From positions 1 through 64,000 of the forward strand of contig JAQGDQ010000861.1 in assembly GCA_030141605.1 (NCBI GenBank): 64,000 nucleotides of DNA, written 5' to 3'. The notes beneath the pieces are model-generated. The model did no database searches and was not told where the DNA came from. It saw nothing but the letters and a program-made list of their open reading frames with translations. This document shows, piece after piece, positions 1 to 12,638 of the stretch. The first letter of the stretch is position 1, and each line of letters opens with the position of its first letter. The DNA is from Tubiluchus corallicola (Eukaryota > Animalia > Priapulida). The position numbers were made by a program, and so were the translations under genes.

Positions 1-153
1 TTTGTGAGCATAGTCCAATCTGACTAACCACTAACATTTCTGATCTTTTGTGAGCATAGTCCAATCTGACTAACCACTAACATTTCTGATCTTTTGTGAG
101 CATAGTCCAATCTGACTAACCACTAACATTTCTGATCTTTTGTGAGCATAGTC
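1..153. repeat. 46-bp minisatellite (inverted copy of 3315-3912)
   Basis: Tandem unit tttgtgagcatagtccaatctgactaaccactaacatttctgatct, about 3.3 copies visible. Confidence 0.95.
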
Positions 154-299
154 CCTTCCACTCCTCTGTCAGAATGCATAAGACAGCCAATATTACTCAT
201 TTTTTGTGTGCCATTTTACGAAGAATGTCGCTTGCCTTAGTTATACAATACACCGTAATTGTTTTTCTTGTCTTCTCCGTTGTATTTTGTCCGTTGCAG

Positions 300-443
300 A
301 CCAAACTACACCAGGACCTTTCTTAGTGAACGATGAATTGCAACCGGAAGACGTGATGGTGGTGCGCTCTAACGGCAGTTTATCAAAATTCACATGCACG
401 GCAATTAATGGCAATCCGGCTCCGAAATTCTACTGGCTGTTTC
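300..443 (+). CDS. Inverted duplicate of the Ig C2-type exon (DQTTPGP...FTCTAINGNPAPKFYWLF); functional status unknown
   Basis: ttgcag acceptor ending 299, gtaagt donor at 444; sequence matches exon 3025-3168 on the other strand. Confidence 0.5.
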
Positions 444-1193
444 GTAAGTTTGACGTCTCTTATTTACTCGGCGCTGTTTCACTACCAATTTCTGCCCTTC
501 GCTCTGTCAAATTAGTCAAGAGAAAGGCGCCTCCAAAAAGGTGCCTCGGACGACAGTACTTCCGGTTTTTTTCTGCATTCCGAAGTCGGCTGGCTGTATG
601 TGGTTTCGTCATGGCACAATTCGCCAGTTTATCATGGGTAAATATAGAAAATCCTTCAAAATATAGGCGAAAATAAAGTCATAGAAAAGTCAGGGGAAAA
701 GACATTTTGATAAGAAGTCAAAGAAAATGATGAAAATGGGGCGAAAAGTCAGGGAAATTGGAATGACTTGCAAAAATCATCACTGTGAACCGATGTTTTT
801 CAATGATTTCATGTTCAAATAAAATTTTGCTATAGCAGGCTTTCAGTGTTCCAAAAATAATGATTGGATTAAGAAAGTTATTTAATGTAGTGATTTATAG
901 AAATAGTTTGCTAGTACGAAAATGGCAGACGGTGACGAAAGCCGTGAAGAAGTTTATGGGCTGTATTTCAGTGCTGCAATGTTTGAAAAATATGACAAAA
1001 ACACTAAAAAATTACCGCAAAAGATTAATGAAATCGAATTGCAAGAACAAGATTGTAGTCGAATTAGAAAGTTACACATGTCAACATTTTTTAAAATTAC
1101 ATTTAATTTCAATAATTTATTGTTGGAGTAAGTACCACCTAACAACAATCCTTACAAAATCGCTTTAAAACGCTTGTAGCTTCTTATCAATTA

Positions 1194-1422
<229 letters not shown>

Positions 1423-1559
1423 TGGGGTACATTGAAACTGTTGCCCTGGTGATTTAGGCCCTAGACATAATCCGTAGGGCGTAATCCGTAAGAAGAAACA
1501 GCCGCCTCATGCAAAATGAACGTATGCTAACCAATGCTCCCTGTCACACCAGGGATAAT

Positions 1560-2015
1560 TTTAAGGGAGTGGATTCTCATATTAGCAATAATATAATTAA
1601 CAAATTAAAAAACAAATCGTCTAACACAGTATTGTCATTACACTCTCTACCGCTACAGGTTAAACAAATCAAGTCCCTATCAGCATTTAAAACAAAATTA
1701 AAATCACTAATATTAACCAGATATGAAATACTATCACACCAGTACCACAACATACACACTAATTCAGAATTTATATATCCACGGCCATATTAATTAAATC
1801 ATAGTTTTTTTCATTTTTTGTGCATAGTTGTAAATACGTTTGATTTTATTCGTCGTTACTTTCCATTACTGCACAGTAGTTTAGATTGCACTGACGCATT
1901 TGCCTTTAGCAGTGTAAGTTTTTATTAACTAACACTGATTCATCATCTCTGTAAAGTTTTTATCAGTGATTATCAATGTATTTTAATGGCAAATAAAGAT
2001 TATTATATATATATA
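1560..2015 (+). mobile_element. 3' fragment of a CR1/L2-like LINE
   Basis: Peptide SLPLQVKQIKSLSAFKTKLK..FIYPRP resembles LINE ORF2 C-termini; AATAAA then (TA)n tail; related copy at 19699-20223. Confidence 0.65.
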
Positions 2016-2295
2016 ATCCATTTGCCGTATTCCGCCTACCACGGCTTGCCTACCTTAAACCGTCAGCCACAATCCGCGGTAGGCTCCTCATAAGCAGTCA
2101 TGAACGATTCATAAGGCACTTTATTGCGAAACAAATTTGGCCATTAATTTCATTTGCAATAAGGCGTTTTTGCTTATCCCCAATATGAAAATTTATTATA
2201 ATTCATCTTTTTCTATGCATTTTTCATTTTATATATTTTATTTCTATACATTTTATGCATTTTTCTATACATAACTCGTTTTTGTCTTAAGAATT

Positions 2296-2388
2296 CATAA
2301 CAACCTAGCCACTGGGGGGGGGGGGGGGGGGCGAGGCCAGCCCAACTCAGTGCCGGTCCCAAGCCCGGATAAATAGGGAGGGTTAGGG
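2296..2388 (+). ncRNA. Twister (P1-type) ribozyme motif
   Basis: aa-ccta-gcc-[P3 actg..cagt]-gccggtcccaagcccgg-ataaa-tagg-gaggg-tta follows the known twister core (GCCGGUCCCAAGCCCGGAUAAA..GAGGG) with compensatory P2 ccta/tagg; P1 is weak. Confidence 0.75.
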
Positions 2389-2628
2389 TCAGGAAGGGCA
2401 TCCGCGTGTAAAAACTGCGCCAGAACCTTCTATGAATGAGTCGGTGAGACTTAAAGCTAAAGTCCACAAAGAAGTGGTCAGACCCGCTCTAATCTATGGG
2501 CTGGAAGCAGCTTCTCTAAAGAAGACCGAAAAGAAGAAAATGGATGTGTTGGAGATGAGGATGTTGAGATGGATGGTGGGAATAACAAGAAGAGATAAAT
2601 TAGAAATAATAATATCAGAGGAACACTG
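2296..2628 (+). mobile_element. Short internally deleted RTE-type (Rex3/Expander-like) element: 5'UTR joined to an ORF C-terminal fragment
   Basis: KVHKEVVRPALIYGLEA..EMRMLRWMVGITRRDK is RTE RT C-terminal sequence; second copy at 19031-19350(-). Confidence 0.8.
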
Positions 2629-3470
2629 AAAGCCTGCTATAGCAAAATTTTATTTGAACATGAAATCATTGAAAAACATCGGTTCACAGTGATGATTTTT
2701 GCAAGTCATTCCAATTTCCCTGACTTTTCGCCCCATTTTCATCATTTTCTTTGACTTCTTATCAAAATGTCTTTTCCCCTGACTTTTCTATGACTTTATT
2801 TTCGCCTATATTTTGAAGGATTTTCTAATATTTACCCATGATAAACTGGCGAATTGTGCCATGACGAAACCACATACAGCCAGCCGACTTCGGAATGCAG
2901 AAAAAAACCGGAAGTACTGTCGTCCGAGGCACCTTTTTGGAGGCGCCTTTCTCTTGACTAATTTGACAGAGCGAAGGGCAGAAATTGGTAGTGAAACAGA
3001 TTAAATAAGAGACGTCAAACTTACGAAACAGCCAGTAGAATTTCGGAGCCGGATTGCCATTAATTGCCGTGCATGTGAATTTTGATAAACTGCCGTTAGA
3101 GCGCACCACCATCACGTCTTCCGGTTGCAATTCATCGTTCACTAAGAAAGGTCCTGGTGTAGTTTGGTCTGCAACGGACAAAATACAACGGAGAAGACAA
3201 GAAAAACAATTACGGTGTATTGTATAACTAAGGCAAGCGACATTCTTCGTAAAATGGCACACAAAAAATGAGTAATATTGGCTGTCTTATGCATTCTGAC
3301 AGAGGAGTGGAAGGGACTATGCTCACAAAAGATCAGAAATGTTAGTGGTTAGTCAGATTGGACTATGCTCACAAAAGATCAGAAATGTTAGTGGTTAGTC
3401 AGATTGGACTATGCTCACAAAAGATCAGAAATGTTAGTGGTTAGTCAGATTGGACTATGCTCACAAAAGA
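2620..3470. repeat. Right arm of inverted duplication
   Basis: Reverse complement of 1-852. Confidence 0.95.
3025..3168 (-). CDS. Ig-superfamily gene, exon 3 (N-terminal half of a C2-type Ig domain)
   Basis: 144-nt phase 1/1 exon with cag acceptor and gtaagt donor; FTCTAINGNPAPKFYW matches the C2-set C..GNP.P...W motif; in frame with exon 2. Confidence 0.8.
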
Positions 3471-3912
3471 TCAGAAATGTTAGTGGTTAGTCAGATTGGA
3501 CTATACTCACAAAAGATCAGAAATGTTAGTGGTTAGTCAGATTGGACTATGCTCACAAAAGATCAGAAATGTTAGTGGTTAGTCAGATTGGACTATGCTC
3601 ACAAAAGATCAGAAATGTTAGTGGTTAGTCAGATTGGACTATGCTCACAAAAGATCAGAAATGTTAGTGGTTAGTCAGATTGGACTATGCTCACAAAAGA
3701 TCAGAAATGTTAGTGGTTAGTCAGATTGGACTATACTCACAAAAGATCAGAAATGTTAGTGGTTAGTCAGATTGGACTATGCTCACAAAAGATCAGAAAT
3801 GTTAGTGGTTAGTCAGATTGGACTATGCTCACAAAAGATCAGAAATGTTAGTGGTTAGTTAGATTGGACTATGCTCACAAAAGATCAGAAATGTTAGTGG
3901 TTAGTCAGATTG
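3315..3912. repeat. 46-bp minisatellite, about 13 nearly identical copies
   Basis: Unit gactatgctcacaaaagatcagaaatgttagtggttagtcagattg. Confidence 0.97.
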
Positions 3913-4065
3913 ATGATGACGAAGGTGAATTGATGGTAATGATGACGATGAAGACGATGGTGATGATGATAACGACAATGATGATTATGACAACGATGGT
4001 GATGATGATTATGACAACGATGGTGATGATGATTCTGATGACGATGAAGACGATGGTGATGATGA

Positions 4066-4108
<43 letters not shown>

Positions 4109-4350
4109 CAAAGACGATGGTGATGATGGTAATAACAATGATGATGATGATAATGATGATGATTCTAATGACGACGACGATGAAGACGATGGTGATGATG
4201 AATGACGATGATGATGATGATAATGGTGATGATGACAAAGACGATGGTGATGATGGTAATGACAATGATGACGATGATGTTGATGATAATGATGATGCTG
4301 ATGACGATGAAGACGATGGTTATGATGGTAATGACGATGATGCTGATGAT
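3912..4350. repeat. Degenerate (GAT)n microsatellite
   Basis: Directly visible; explains the poly-D/M/H ORFs. Confidence 0.95.
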
Positions 4351-5045
4351 AAATCCTTTATTGAACAAAATCATGTAAAAACATACAGAAAATGGCTTCA
4401 TTTGCCGACAGAGAAGCCAAAGAAAGCAAGTTGGAGAACATGTGCAATGGGTTAGTAGTGACGTCATTCATCAATTGAAGAAAACTAGCTTGCAGTCAAA
4501 AATAAAGCAAAAAAAAGCAAAATAAGTTTTTGCAAAATATTAGATAGCTAATTCTGCAACCTTTTTGCTCGAACATTAGCTAAGCAGCAGAAGAGTAAAT
4601 TAGTTTAAGCAATGCGCGCCACGGTGCACTTTAACGATGCAGTTTATAAGCATTTTCACAGTTCCAGTGATCGTTAAAAGGTCAAAGGTCAATTGTACCA
4701 GACAACACATTTGTGTACACTTGACAACGCCTCGCAGCTTATGCCACTGTAATAGTAACAGTTAGCTAGAATCTTACCTAGTTCATTTTTTTCTTATTCA
4801 AAAGCAAGATCCTGCTAGTAAATCACTCTACGCACATACTAATGCGTAACTAAGCAAATTCCGGGAAAAACAACCGAAGTTACTAAACTGATGCGCTAGA
4901 CGGCTTTGCTTTAACCACACGCCACGTGGTGGTTGTAGCTAAGACGCGTTGCTGTGACACAGTTAACCTGTGACCTGCAGCAACTGCACATGTGAACAAC
5001 AAAACTGTGAAAAGGCTTATTCTAAAATGAACTACGAACACGTAC

Positions 5046-5399
5046 CGATAACATGTACGATTCCTGAAGGAGAAGCAACATCAGTGCTGCCAACGTGATA
5101 AATACACCTGTATCTGGCTCCGTTGTCTCTATTGAAGTTCAAGTTCGAAAGAACAATGCTATGGTTTTCTAATGTGAGGCTGTTTGGATCATCGTGACTA
5201 GCATATGCATGGTGATCTTTATCGTTTACACCAAATATAACTCCGTTTCTTTCCCAAGATACAATTATGGAAGAGGAAGCATTATTAAGGTATTCCGATT
5301 TTATTCCACAAGTTATCATGATAGATTTTCCAGGAAGTTCATACATGTTTCTCGCTGGCACGCTCGAAAAATAGAAAACGGATACCTGGCAAAATATCC
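5046..5399 (-). CDS. Ig-superfamily gene, exon 2 (V-set-like Ig domain)
   Basis: ttccag acceptor, gtacg donor, phase 1/1; PGKSIMITC..VSW..SIVLSNL..DNGARYRC carries the Ig C, W and D-x-G-x-Y-x-C-like hallmarks. Confidence 0.85.
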
Positions 5400-5779
5400 C
5401 TGGAAAACACAGAACATACCGTTCCAGTAAGAACGAAAAAGAAGTGTATTTTAATAAATTTGTAAGGCATATTTGACCTTGACCTTGACCTTTGTAGACA
5501 GCATAGGCTATTGTAGTGTGTCTATATCACTCACTGAGGTTGAACTTTGATATCATGACTATTTCAACATTTGAAAATTTATGCAGGTTAGGTTAGGCTA
5601 CGTTTGAAATTAGCTTTATATATTTTGTTTTGGTAGCAGTGACTTTAGCTTTTGAAGTTGTGCAATGTCTTACACATTGAAATTACATTCGAAGTGAGTT
5701 GGTTCAATAGTAGTAGTAATAACAATGACCTTTCTGGGACTGCATGAGTGGATTTAGCCCTGTGATGAGTAGAACATGT

Positions 5780-7315
5780 GGTCAGCTGGCAACACTGCCA
5801 CCACCAAAAGGACCTGCAATGATCTGGTAACACTGTCACCAGAAGAACCTGCTGTGAGCTGGTAACACTGTCACCAGAACAACCTGCTATGAGCTGGTAA
5901 CACTGTCACCAGAACAACCTGCTATGAGCAGGTAACACTTTCACCAGATCAATCTGCTGTGAGCTGGTAACACTGTCACCAGTAAAATATGTAGTCAGCC
6001 AGTAACACTGTCGCTAGAAGAACCTGCTGTGAGCTGGTAACACTTTCACCAGTAAAATATGTAGTCAGCCAGTAACACTGTCACTAGAAGAACCTGCTGT
6101 CAGCTGGTAACACTGTCCCGAGTAGAACATGTAGTCAGCCATTAACACTGTCACTAGAAGAACCTGCTGTGAGCTGGTAACACTTTCACCAGATCAATCT
6201 GCTGTGAGCTGGTAACACTTTCACCAGTAAAACATGTAGTCAGCCAGTAACACTGTCACTAGAAGACCCTGCTGTGAGCTGGTAACACTTTCACCAGATC
6301 AATCTGCTGTGAGCTGGTAACACTGTCACCAGTAAAACATGTAGTCAGCCAGTAACACTGTCGCTAGAATAACCTGCTGAGAGCTGGTAACACTGTCACC
6401 AATAGAACATGTAGTCAGCCATTAACACTGTCACTAGAATAACCTGCTGTGAGCTGGTAACACTGTCCCCAGTAGAACATGTAGTCAGCCATTAACACTG
6501 TCACTAGAATAACCTGCTGTGAGCTGGTAACACTGTCACCAGTAGAACATGTAGTCAGCCAGTAACACTGTCACTAGAATAACCAGCTGTGAGCTGGTAA
6601 CACTGTCACCAGTAAAATATGTAGTCAGCCAGTAACACTGTCGCTAGAAGAACCTGCTGTCAGCTGGTAACACTGTCACCAGTAGAACATGTAGTCAGCC
6701 AGTAACACTGTCACTAGAATAACCTGCTGTCAGCCAGTAACACTTTCACCAGAACAACCTGCTGTGAGCTGGTAACACTCACCAGATCAATCTGCTGTGA
6801 GCTGGTAACACTTTCACCAGATCAATCTGCTGTGAGCTGGTAACACTTTCACCAGTAAAACATGTAGTCAGCCAGTAACACTGTCACTAGAAGACCCTGC
6901 TGTGAGCTGGTAACACTGTCACCAGTAGAACATGTAGTCAGCCAGTAACACTGTCACTAGAATAACCTGCTGTGAGCTGGTAACACTGTCACTAGAATAA
7001 CCTGCTGTCAGCCAGTAACACTTTCACCAGAACAACCTGCTGTGAGCTGGTAACACTTTCACCAGATCAATCTGCTGTGAGCTGGTAACACTTTCACCAG
7101 ATCAATCTGCTGTGAGCTGGTAACACTGTCACCAGTAGAACATGTAGTCAGCCAGTAACACTGTCACTAGAATAACCTGCTGTCAGCCAGTAACACTTTC
7201 ACCAGAACAACCTGCTGTGAGCTGGTAACACTTTCACCAGTAAAACATGTAGTCAGCCAGTAACACTGTCACTAGAAGACCCTGCTGTGAGCTGGTAACA
7301 CTGTCACCAGTAGAA
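5780..7315. repeat. 35-bp minisatellite with alternating variants (about 70-bp higher-order structure)
   Basis: Units such as ggtaacactgtcaccagaagaacctgctgtgagct alternate with ..agtagaacatgtagtcagcc.. variants; about 43 units; intronic. Confidence 0.95.
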
Positions 7316-7739
7316 TGGAGATGGGAGAGGGAGATGGAGAGGGAGAGGGAGAGGTAGAGGGAAGGCAGTATGTTCGCATAAAGCAAAAAAATGTTACTTC
7401 GGGTGAAGGGTGAGGCCCTAGGCGGTTGCCTAGTTTGCTTATGCTTAAGGCCGGCCCTACCTAGTCACATATACATCTCATAGTATTAGCATAGCGGCAC
7501 CAAAATTATGTGATAATTTATGCACGTAGAATGATTACTGTTGAAAAGTACAAATTCATTCCTAAAAAAACATTTTTAGAAAGAAACCATTTTAATTAAC
7601 TAAAAATTTAATGTGGGCCTTAAGTATTGTTTTTTTGGGCTGATTTTTAGATTTTAATGTGTATTATTATTATCATCATCATCGTCATCATCATCATCAT
7701 CATCACTAGGTAACAGAGATTATTATTACTTGCATTTGC

Positions 7740-7835
7740 CCTAAATGTCATCAACAGCTTTTTGGTATGACACGGCTGCGGTATCGAACTCACGATCTCA
7801 CCAGCAGAAAATGGGCGCGTTATCCATTAGGCTCT
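7740..7835 (-). mobile_element. Degenerate tRNA-derived SINE remnant
   Basis: Reverse strand shows B-box-like gagttcgatac followed by cgtgtcatacc. Confidence 0.4.
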
Positions 7836-7971
7836 ACCGAGTTGAAACTTTTCGAAGGTGCATCATTATTTTTCTTTATACTATAGCTAAACTTAACATG
7901 AAGTTAGAATCGGAGTAGTGAAACTAAAGCAAATTATTGAAAACAAGTTTAGTATGTATACAATTTCGTAC

Positions 7972-8020
7972 CTTCGATGCTTAAGAAGACTGCAAATGTC
8001 AAGCAAACTCTCTGTACCAT
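7972..8020 (-). CDS. Ig-superfamily gene, first coding exon (signal peptide MVQRVCLTFAVFLSIE-G)
   Basis: ATG at 8020; hydrophobic leader; aag|gtacg phase-1 donor in frame with exon 2. Confidence 0.75.
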
Positions 8021-8288
8021 TTTTGAAACGGTAACTGGAAGTGCCTGTGTTAGTTTTCAATTAAGATGGCACTTTCAGTGAAACTAGCTGCCTGGCTTTA
8101 ATCACTGTCGCCCAGTTTTTCCCTGAAAAGTTGTAAATTTTATTAATTCCAAGTTTGTTAATTTTTGAACATAAAGAGAAACAAAATTAGCAACAACTTA
8201 TCTTAACAACGTTATTATTAATACAGACTAATATTTATTAAAATTATAAGCAACTGATAAATGGTTATTAATATTATACTTAACAGTA

Positions 8289-8798
8289 CAGTGGACTCTC
8301 GTTATAAGAATCACCTCGGGAGAAGGCAAAGTGATTCTTATAACGAGCATGACCCAGAATTGGTTTAAAAAATTTTTATGCACATAAAAATTATTTATTT
8401 CCCGTAATTACGCTAGAAACGACATGAAACAGCATAATGTTTTTCTGGCCTAAAAAGGACCTAAAAATTCCTAGGAAGCGCGTCATAAGCGGCGATGATT
8501 TTCACCTTTTCACACTTCTGCTTTTCCGTTTGGATGCCATTTTTCAACTGACTGACACGCAAACAAACAAATATGAAATCTCTGTGGTGTCCGCCACACC
8601 CACTGCGCAGAACCATGTAAGCAGGGCGTGAGAGACAATGGAGTTGGCGCCAAAATTGATTCTACTATCGAAAGAAGGGTGATTCTTATACGAGCGGATT
8701 TTCACTAGGAAAATGCCGATTCAATTCGGGAAACGCGATTTTGATTCTTATATCGAGCTGATTCTTATACGTGTGATTCTTGTAACGAGAGTCCACTG
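8289..8798. mobile_element. Tc1/mariner (Tigger-like) MITE
   Basis: 26-bp TIR cagtggactctcgttataagaatcac (1 mismatch); TA on both flanks. Confidence 0.9.
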
Positions 8799-9699
8799 TA
8801 ACACTTTTTAACAGTCATAAGTTTTGGACTTTATATATGGTCGTAAGTGGAATATCAGCAACTACAGACAACAACTTGTCAACAAAGATTTAAATTTATA
8901 ATCATTATACCATTTACTTGCCTACAAATTATAATAAATGATTACTAATTATTATTATTTTGCACTTTTTAATGTTAAATCGTTATCACTAATTACTGTC
9001 TGCTGCTAGCAGTCCTACATTTATTAGTCTTTGCCTACTTTTGCTCAATTTTGAAACGAAAAACTACGCACAACCTACATTACAATGTGGATATCAACAT
9101 AGTAGTTTAAACATTCAGAATTCTCCTATAGTATTAAAACAGACGCTTGAAAGATAACCATAGACGCAGCGCGCATTTTCAATTCTGTGCATCTTATAAT
9201 TTTTTAAAAATCTATGAATTCTGCTTTTTATTACGACCATTGACACAGAGCATTGAATCCATTCCACTGAATAGTTACTTTTATTAGTTAGTGGCGCTAG
9301 TCAGTTTTGTCACTGAAATTTGCTTATATTCTACGAAACTGTTACACTACTTGAGAAACGCTTCCATTAATTAATTACTCGGTGTCAAAAAAAAACGTAC
9401 AGGTATAATTATTAGTTCCAACACTTAGACAAAAAGTTTCTCAGCATGTCCGCGAAACCCACGAAAAGGTCTAACAAAGAATCAGTTAATTGCATATGAT
9501 GCAATACCACACTTACTATGGAAAAACATGAATGTGGAAAAATGTTCTCCTTCTAATTTGAAAAATTATAAACGCCTCTGCAATGCTGATGCAGTTACCA
9601 ATTGCTTTACTGATATACAAAAATAGGTTCTAACTTGGTTAGTAATAGCAATTCCAGCAATGTTTTTTTCACTCAGTTTTTACAAGGCAACTTGTCCAC

Positions 9700-10200
9700 A
9701 TTTCTTGTCCCACAAATTATAGTCAAAATTGTAATTTTTTTCTCCTATGCCTATTATTACCATCTGTTATCTTATATATATATATATATACAAAACTCTC
9801 AATTCTAGCAAACCTTTGGATATTTTTAACTATTCTTCTAAAATTGTACGTAATACTTTTAATTGTGTTTCTAATATTTTGAGTTATTTGATAAAATTAT
9901 CCTTCTCATCTGGTGTAGTGCCCGATAATCTTAGAAACCTGTAGTTGTACCTCTACTTGTATCTGGCAATCCTTGAGTGATGAACAATATTGTCAACCCG
10001 TTTCATTGTTACCATTTAAAATTTATGAACGTTGTGCTTATAACCAAGTGTACAATTATTAAACGCAGCATAAAAAACAAAAATCAGTTTGGCTTCAGAA
10101 AATGGAAAAAAGTAAACTTCTCGCATAGGATTAGTCTTAGCAATCATGTCATTGTTGGCATTTTCAGGAGCACGTTATGCCGTCAAGCCTAGGTTACCGT
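9700..10200 (+). mobile_element. Highly degenerate LINE RT fragment
   Basis: Remnant peptides SFSSGVVPDNL and NQFGFRK resemble the non-LTR RT N-terminal region. Confidence 0.5.
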
Positions 10201-10833
10201 GTATGGCTAATAATGTAAAACGTTAGTCACGTCAGCCTTTGACATGGTTGCAGTTTACCTTAGCAGTGGCATTGACAACGAGGTTATTTATGGAAAATTG
10301 TTTATTGAAGCCTCGAGTTTTAGAATTGCATTAACTGACAACATTAACGTGCAGGAGAAGCGGCAGTTGCTATGGTGATGACGCGAAGATTGTTTACCAT
10401 ATTATCGATAGGTTATTGTTGAAAAGTTTCTGAAACATGTAATTTTGAATAAAATATATTGCGATTATTGTAAGAATTTCATCTACAATAGCTTGCATTT
10501 ATGCCACAAACTGTAAGTCGAATTTTATCTTGGTCTTGGATGACTAGTGCTCAACTATATCACGATCTACAAAACTTTCTGGAACATGTCAGCTGAAAAC
10601 ATTATAGGTATCCAGAAAGAAAAATACACAGCCCAGGGCAAGCTAAGCAAGTTGTCCTGAGGGCAGGCAGGAATCTCCGTTGCTCAGAGCCGACAGCTAC
10701 ATTTGAACAGCTGCACTTGATAAATCATTAACTCCTGTAGGACAGCGCCGCTCAAAATAAGTCTTATAAGACCTATGACTTTTCTGCACAGGCATAACTA
10801 AATGATTGCCAATTACGTACTGTTCCATTCAGG

Positions 10834-11328
<495 letters not shown>

Positions 11329-12638
11329 AATTCAGGAATATCTCGGCTATCCAGTCATGCTATTTGTTTAAACATTTGCAATTGTTTTAATTGAATGGGA
11401 GTGTTTGTATGAACACGTGTTACATCATCAAGACGCGCGGAGCTAAACGTCACTTCCGATCTGTGTATTTCTACCCTCACTTCAGTCCGTAAATGGAAGC
11501 AAATTTCTCTCATTCATTCAAAAGCAAAGAAAATCAGAACGTGTACAAAAACAATGGCCTCAGCATCCGCCTTAAAACGGAGCAAGCTTTGGTGGTGGTG
11601 TTGACGCAGCATCTATACTTGCAGCCATTTTGATTTATCATTGAGTCATCAACGTAAGAGATTTGACCTACGAACTACGAATTTATTTCACACATCAAAA
11701 AATACAATATCAAATACATTAATAGACTTTAAATAAAATAATTTGAGTAGTGCGAGGTGAGTGTACGACCATACGGTCATTAACACACTCACCTTATTTA
11801 AATGAAAAAATCATTATAGTTAAGCATGCTTCCGTAGATAACTTAATGTAAACAAGGATGAAGTAAATGATGTAATAATAGCAATGGTATAAGAGCAATA
11901 AACCTGAAAGTTAAGAAAGGAAAACATAATATGTAATTACGACTTTGAGTGAGCCTTAAAGAGTGAATTTTTTTTAAATAGTTACGAATATGAATTATGT
12001 GATTATCTTTCAACCACGAGGGAGAAGAGATTAAATTATACATTATACTTGTAGTAATAACTATAATTGTATAGAACATTTAAATATAATTGTTGGTAGT
12101 AATGTAGCCATCATAACCATTAAAGATGGGCTATGGGGAGGAAGGGGGGGGGGGCAAATTATGAGAATATAAGTGATTCATTAGCAAAATTAATGCCACA
12201 ATAATGCAATCAAAAATTTTTGTATTTGCTGGTTATAAGCTAAGAGCATTCAAGTGCTTATTTTCCATGTGGAAACAGATACGAATATAGGCTGCAATGA
12301 ACGAATAATTTCACTTTAATTGATTTATACCTTTTATTAATAAAGTAACAAAAGTCAACTATTTACCAACTATTTTATAATAACTTTTACAGTTTTGAAA
12401 AAAAACGCTTGTTTTACAAAGCACATTTTAGTAAAATTTATTTAACAGGCTTTTTAATGTGTGTTCGTAATCGCAAACAATTCAAAAATTTTCAACTGTT
12501 AGACTCAAAACAATTTTTCATTTTCTCAGAACTGCTTTTCAAAAGGACTCGAATAATGAACTTTCAACTACGGTTAGAACTACAACAACTTTTAAATTCA
12601 TATACAGAGATATTAAAGCAGCATTCATCCGACAACAG

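Larger units (their letters stand above)
1..852. repeat. Left arm of near-perfect inverted duplication (pairs with 2620-~3470); arm runs off the window start
   Basis: Reverse complement of 2620-3470 matches 1-852 apart from a small indel near 469-474 and a 1-nt indel near 644; the ORF track shows identical N-termini for 206..676(+) and 2825..3262(-). Confidence 0.95.

Noticed and set aside
206-676. 156-aa ORF (and 2825-3262) as complete genes
   Set aside because: Only the 144-nt spliced exon is Ig-like; the rest is intron read-through.
860-1168. ORFs in the palindrome spacer as the next Ig exon
   Set aside because: No Ig strand or Cys pattern in the required phase; a gtaagt at about 1128 is noted but the product is unassignable.
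3315-7315. CRISPR-like appearance of the 46-bp and 35-bp arrays
   Set aside because: Head-to-tail repeats with no unique spacers, no cas genes, eukaryotic intronic context.
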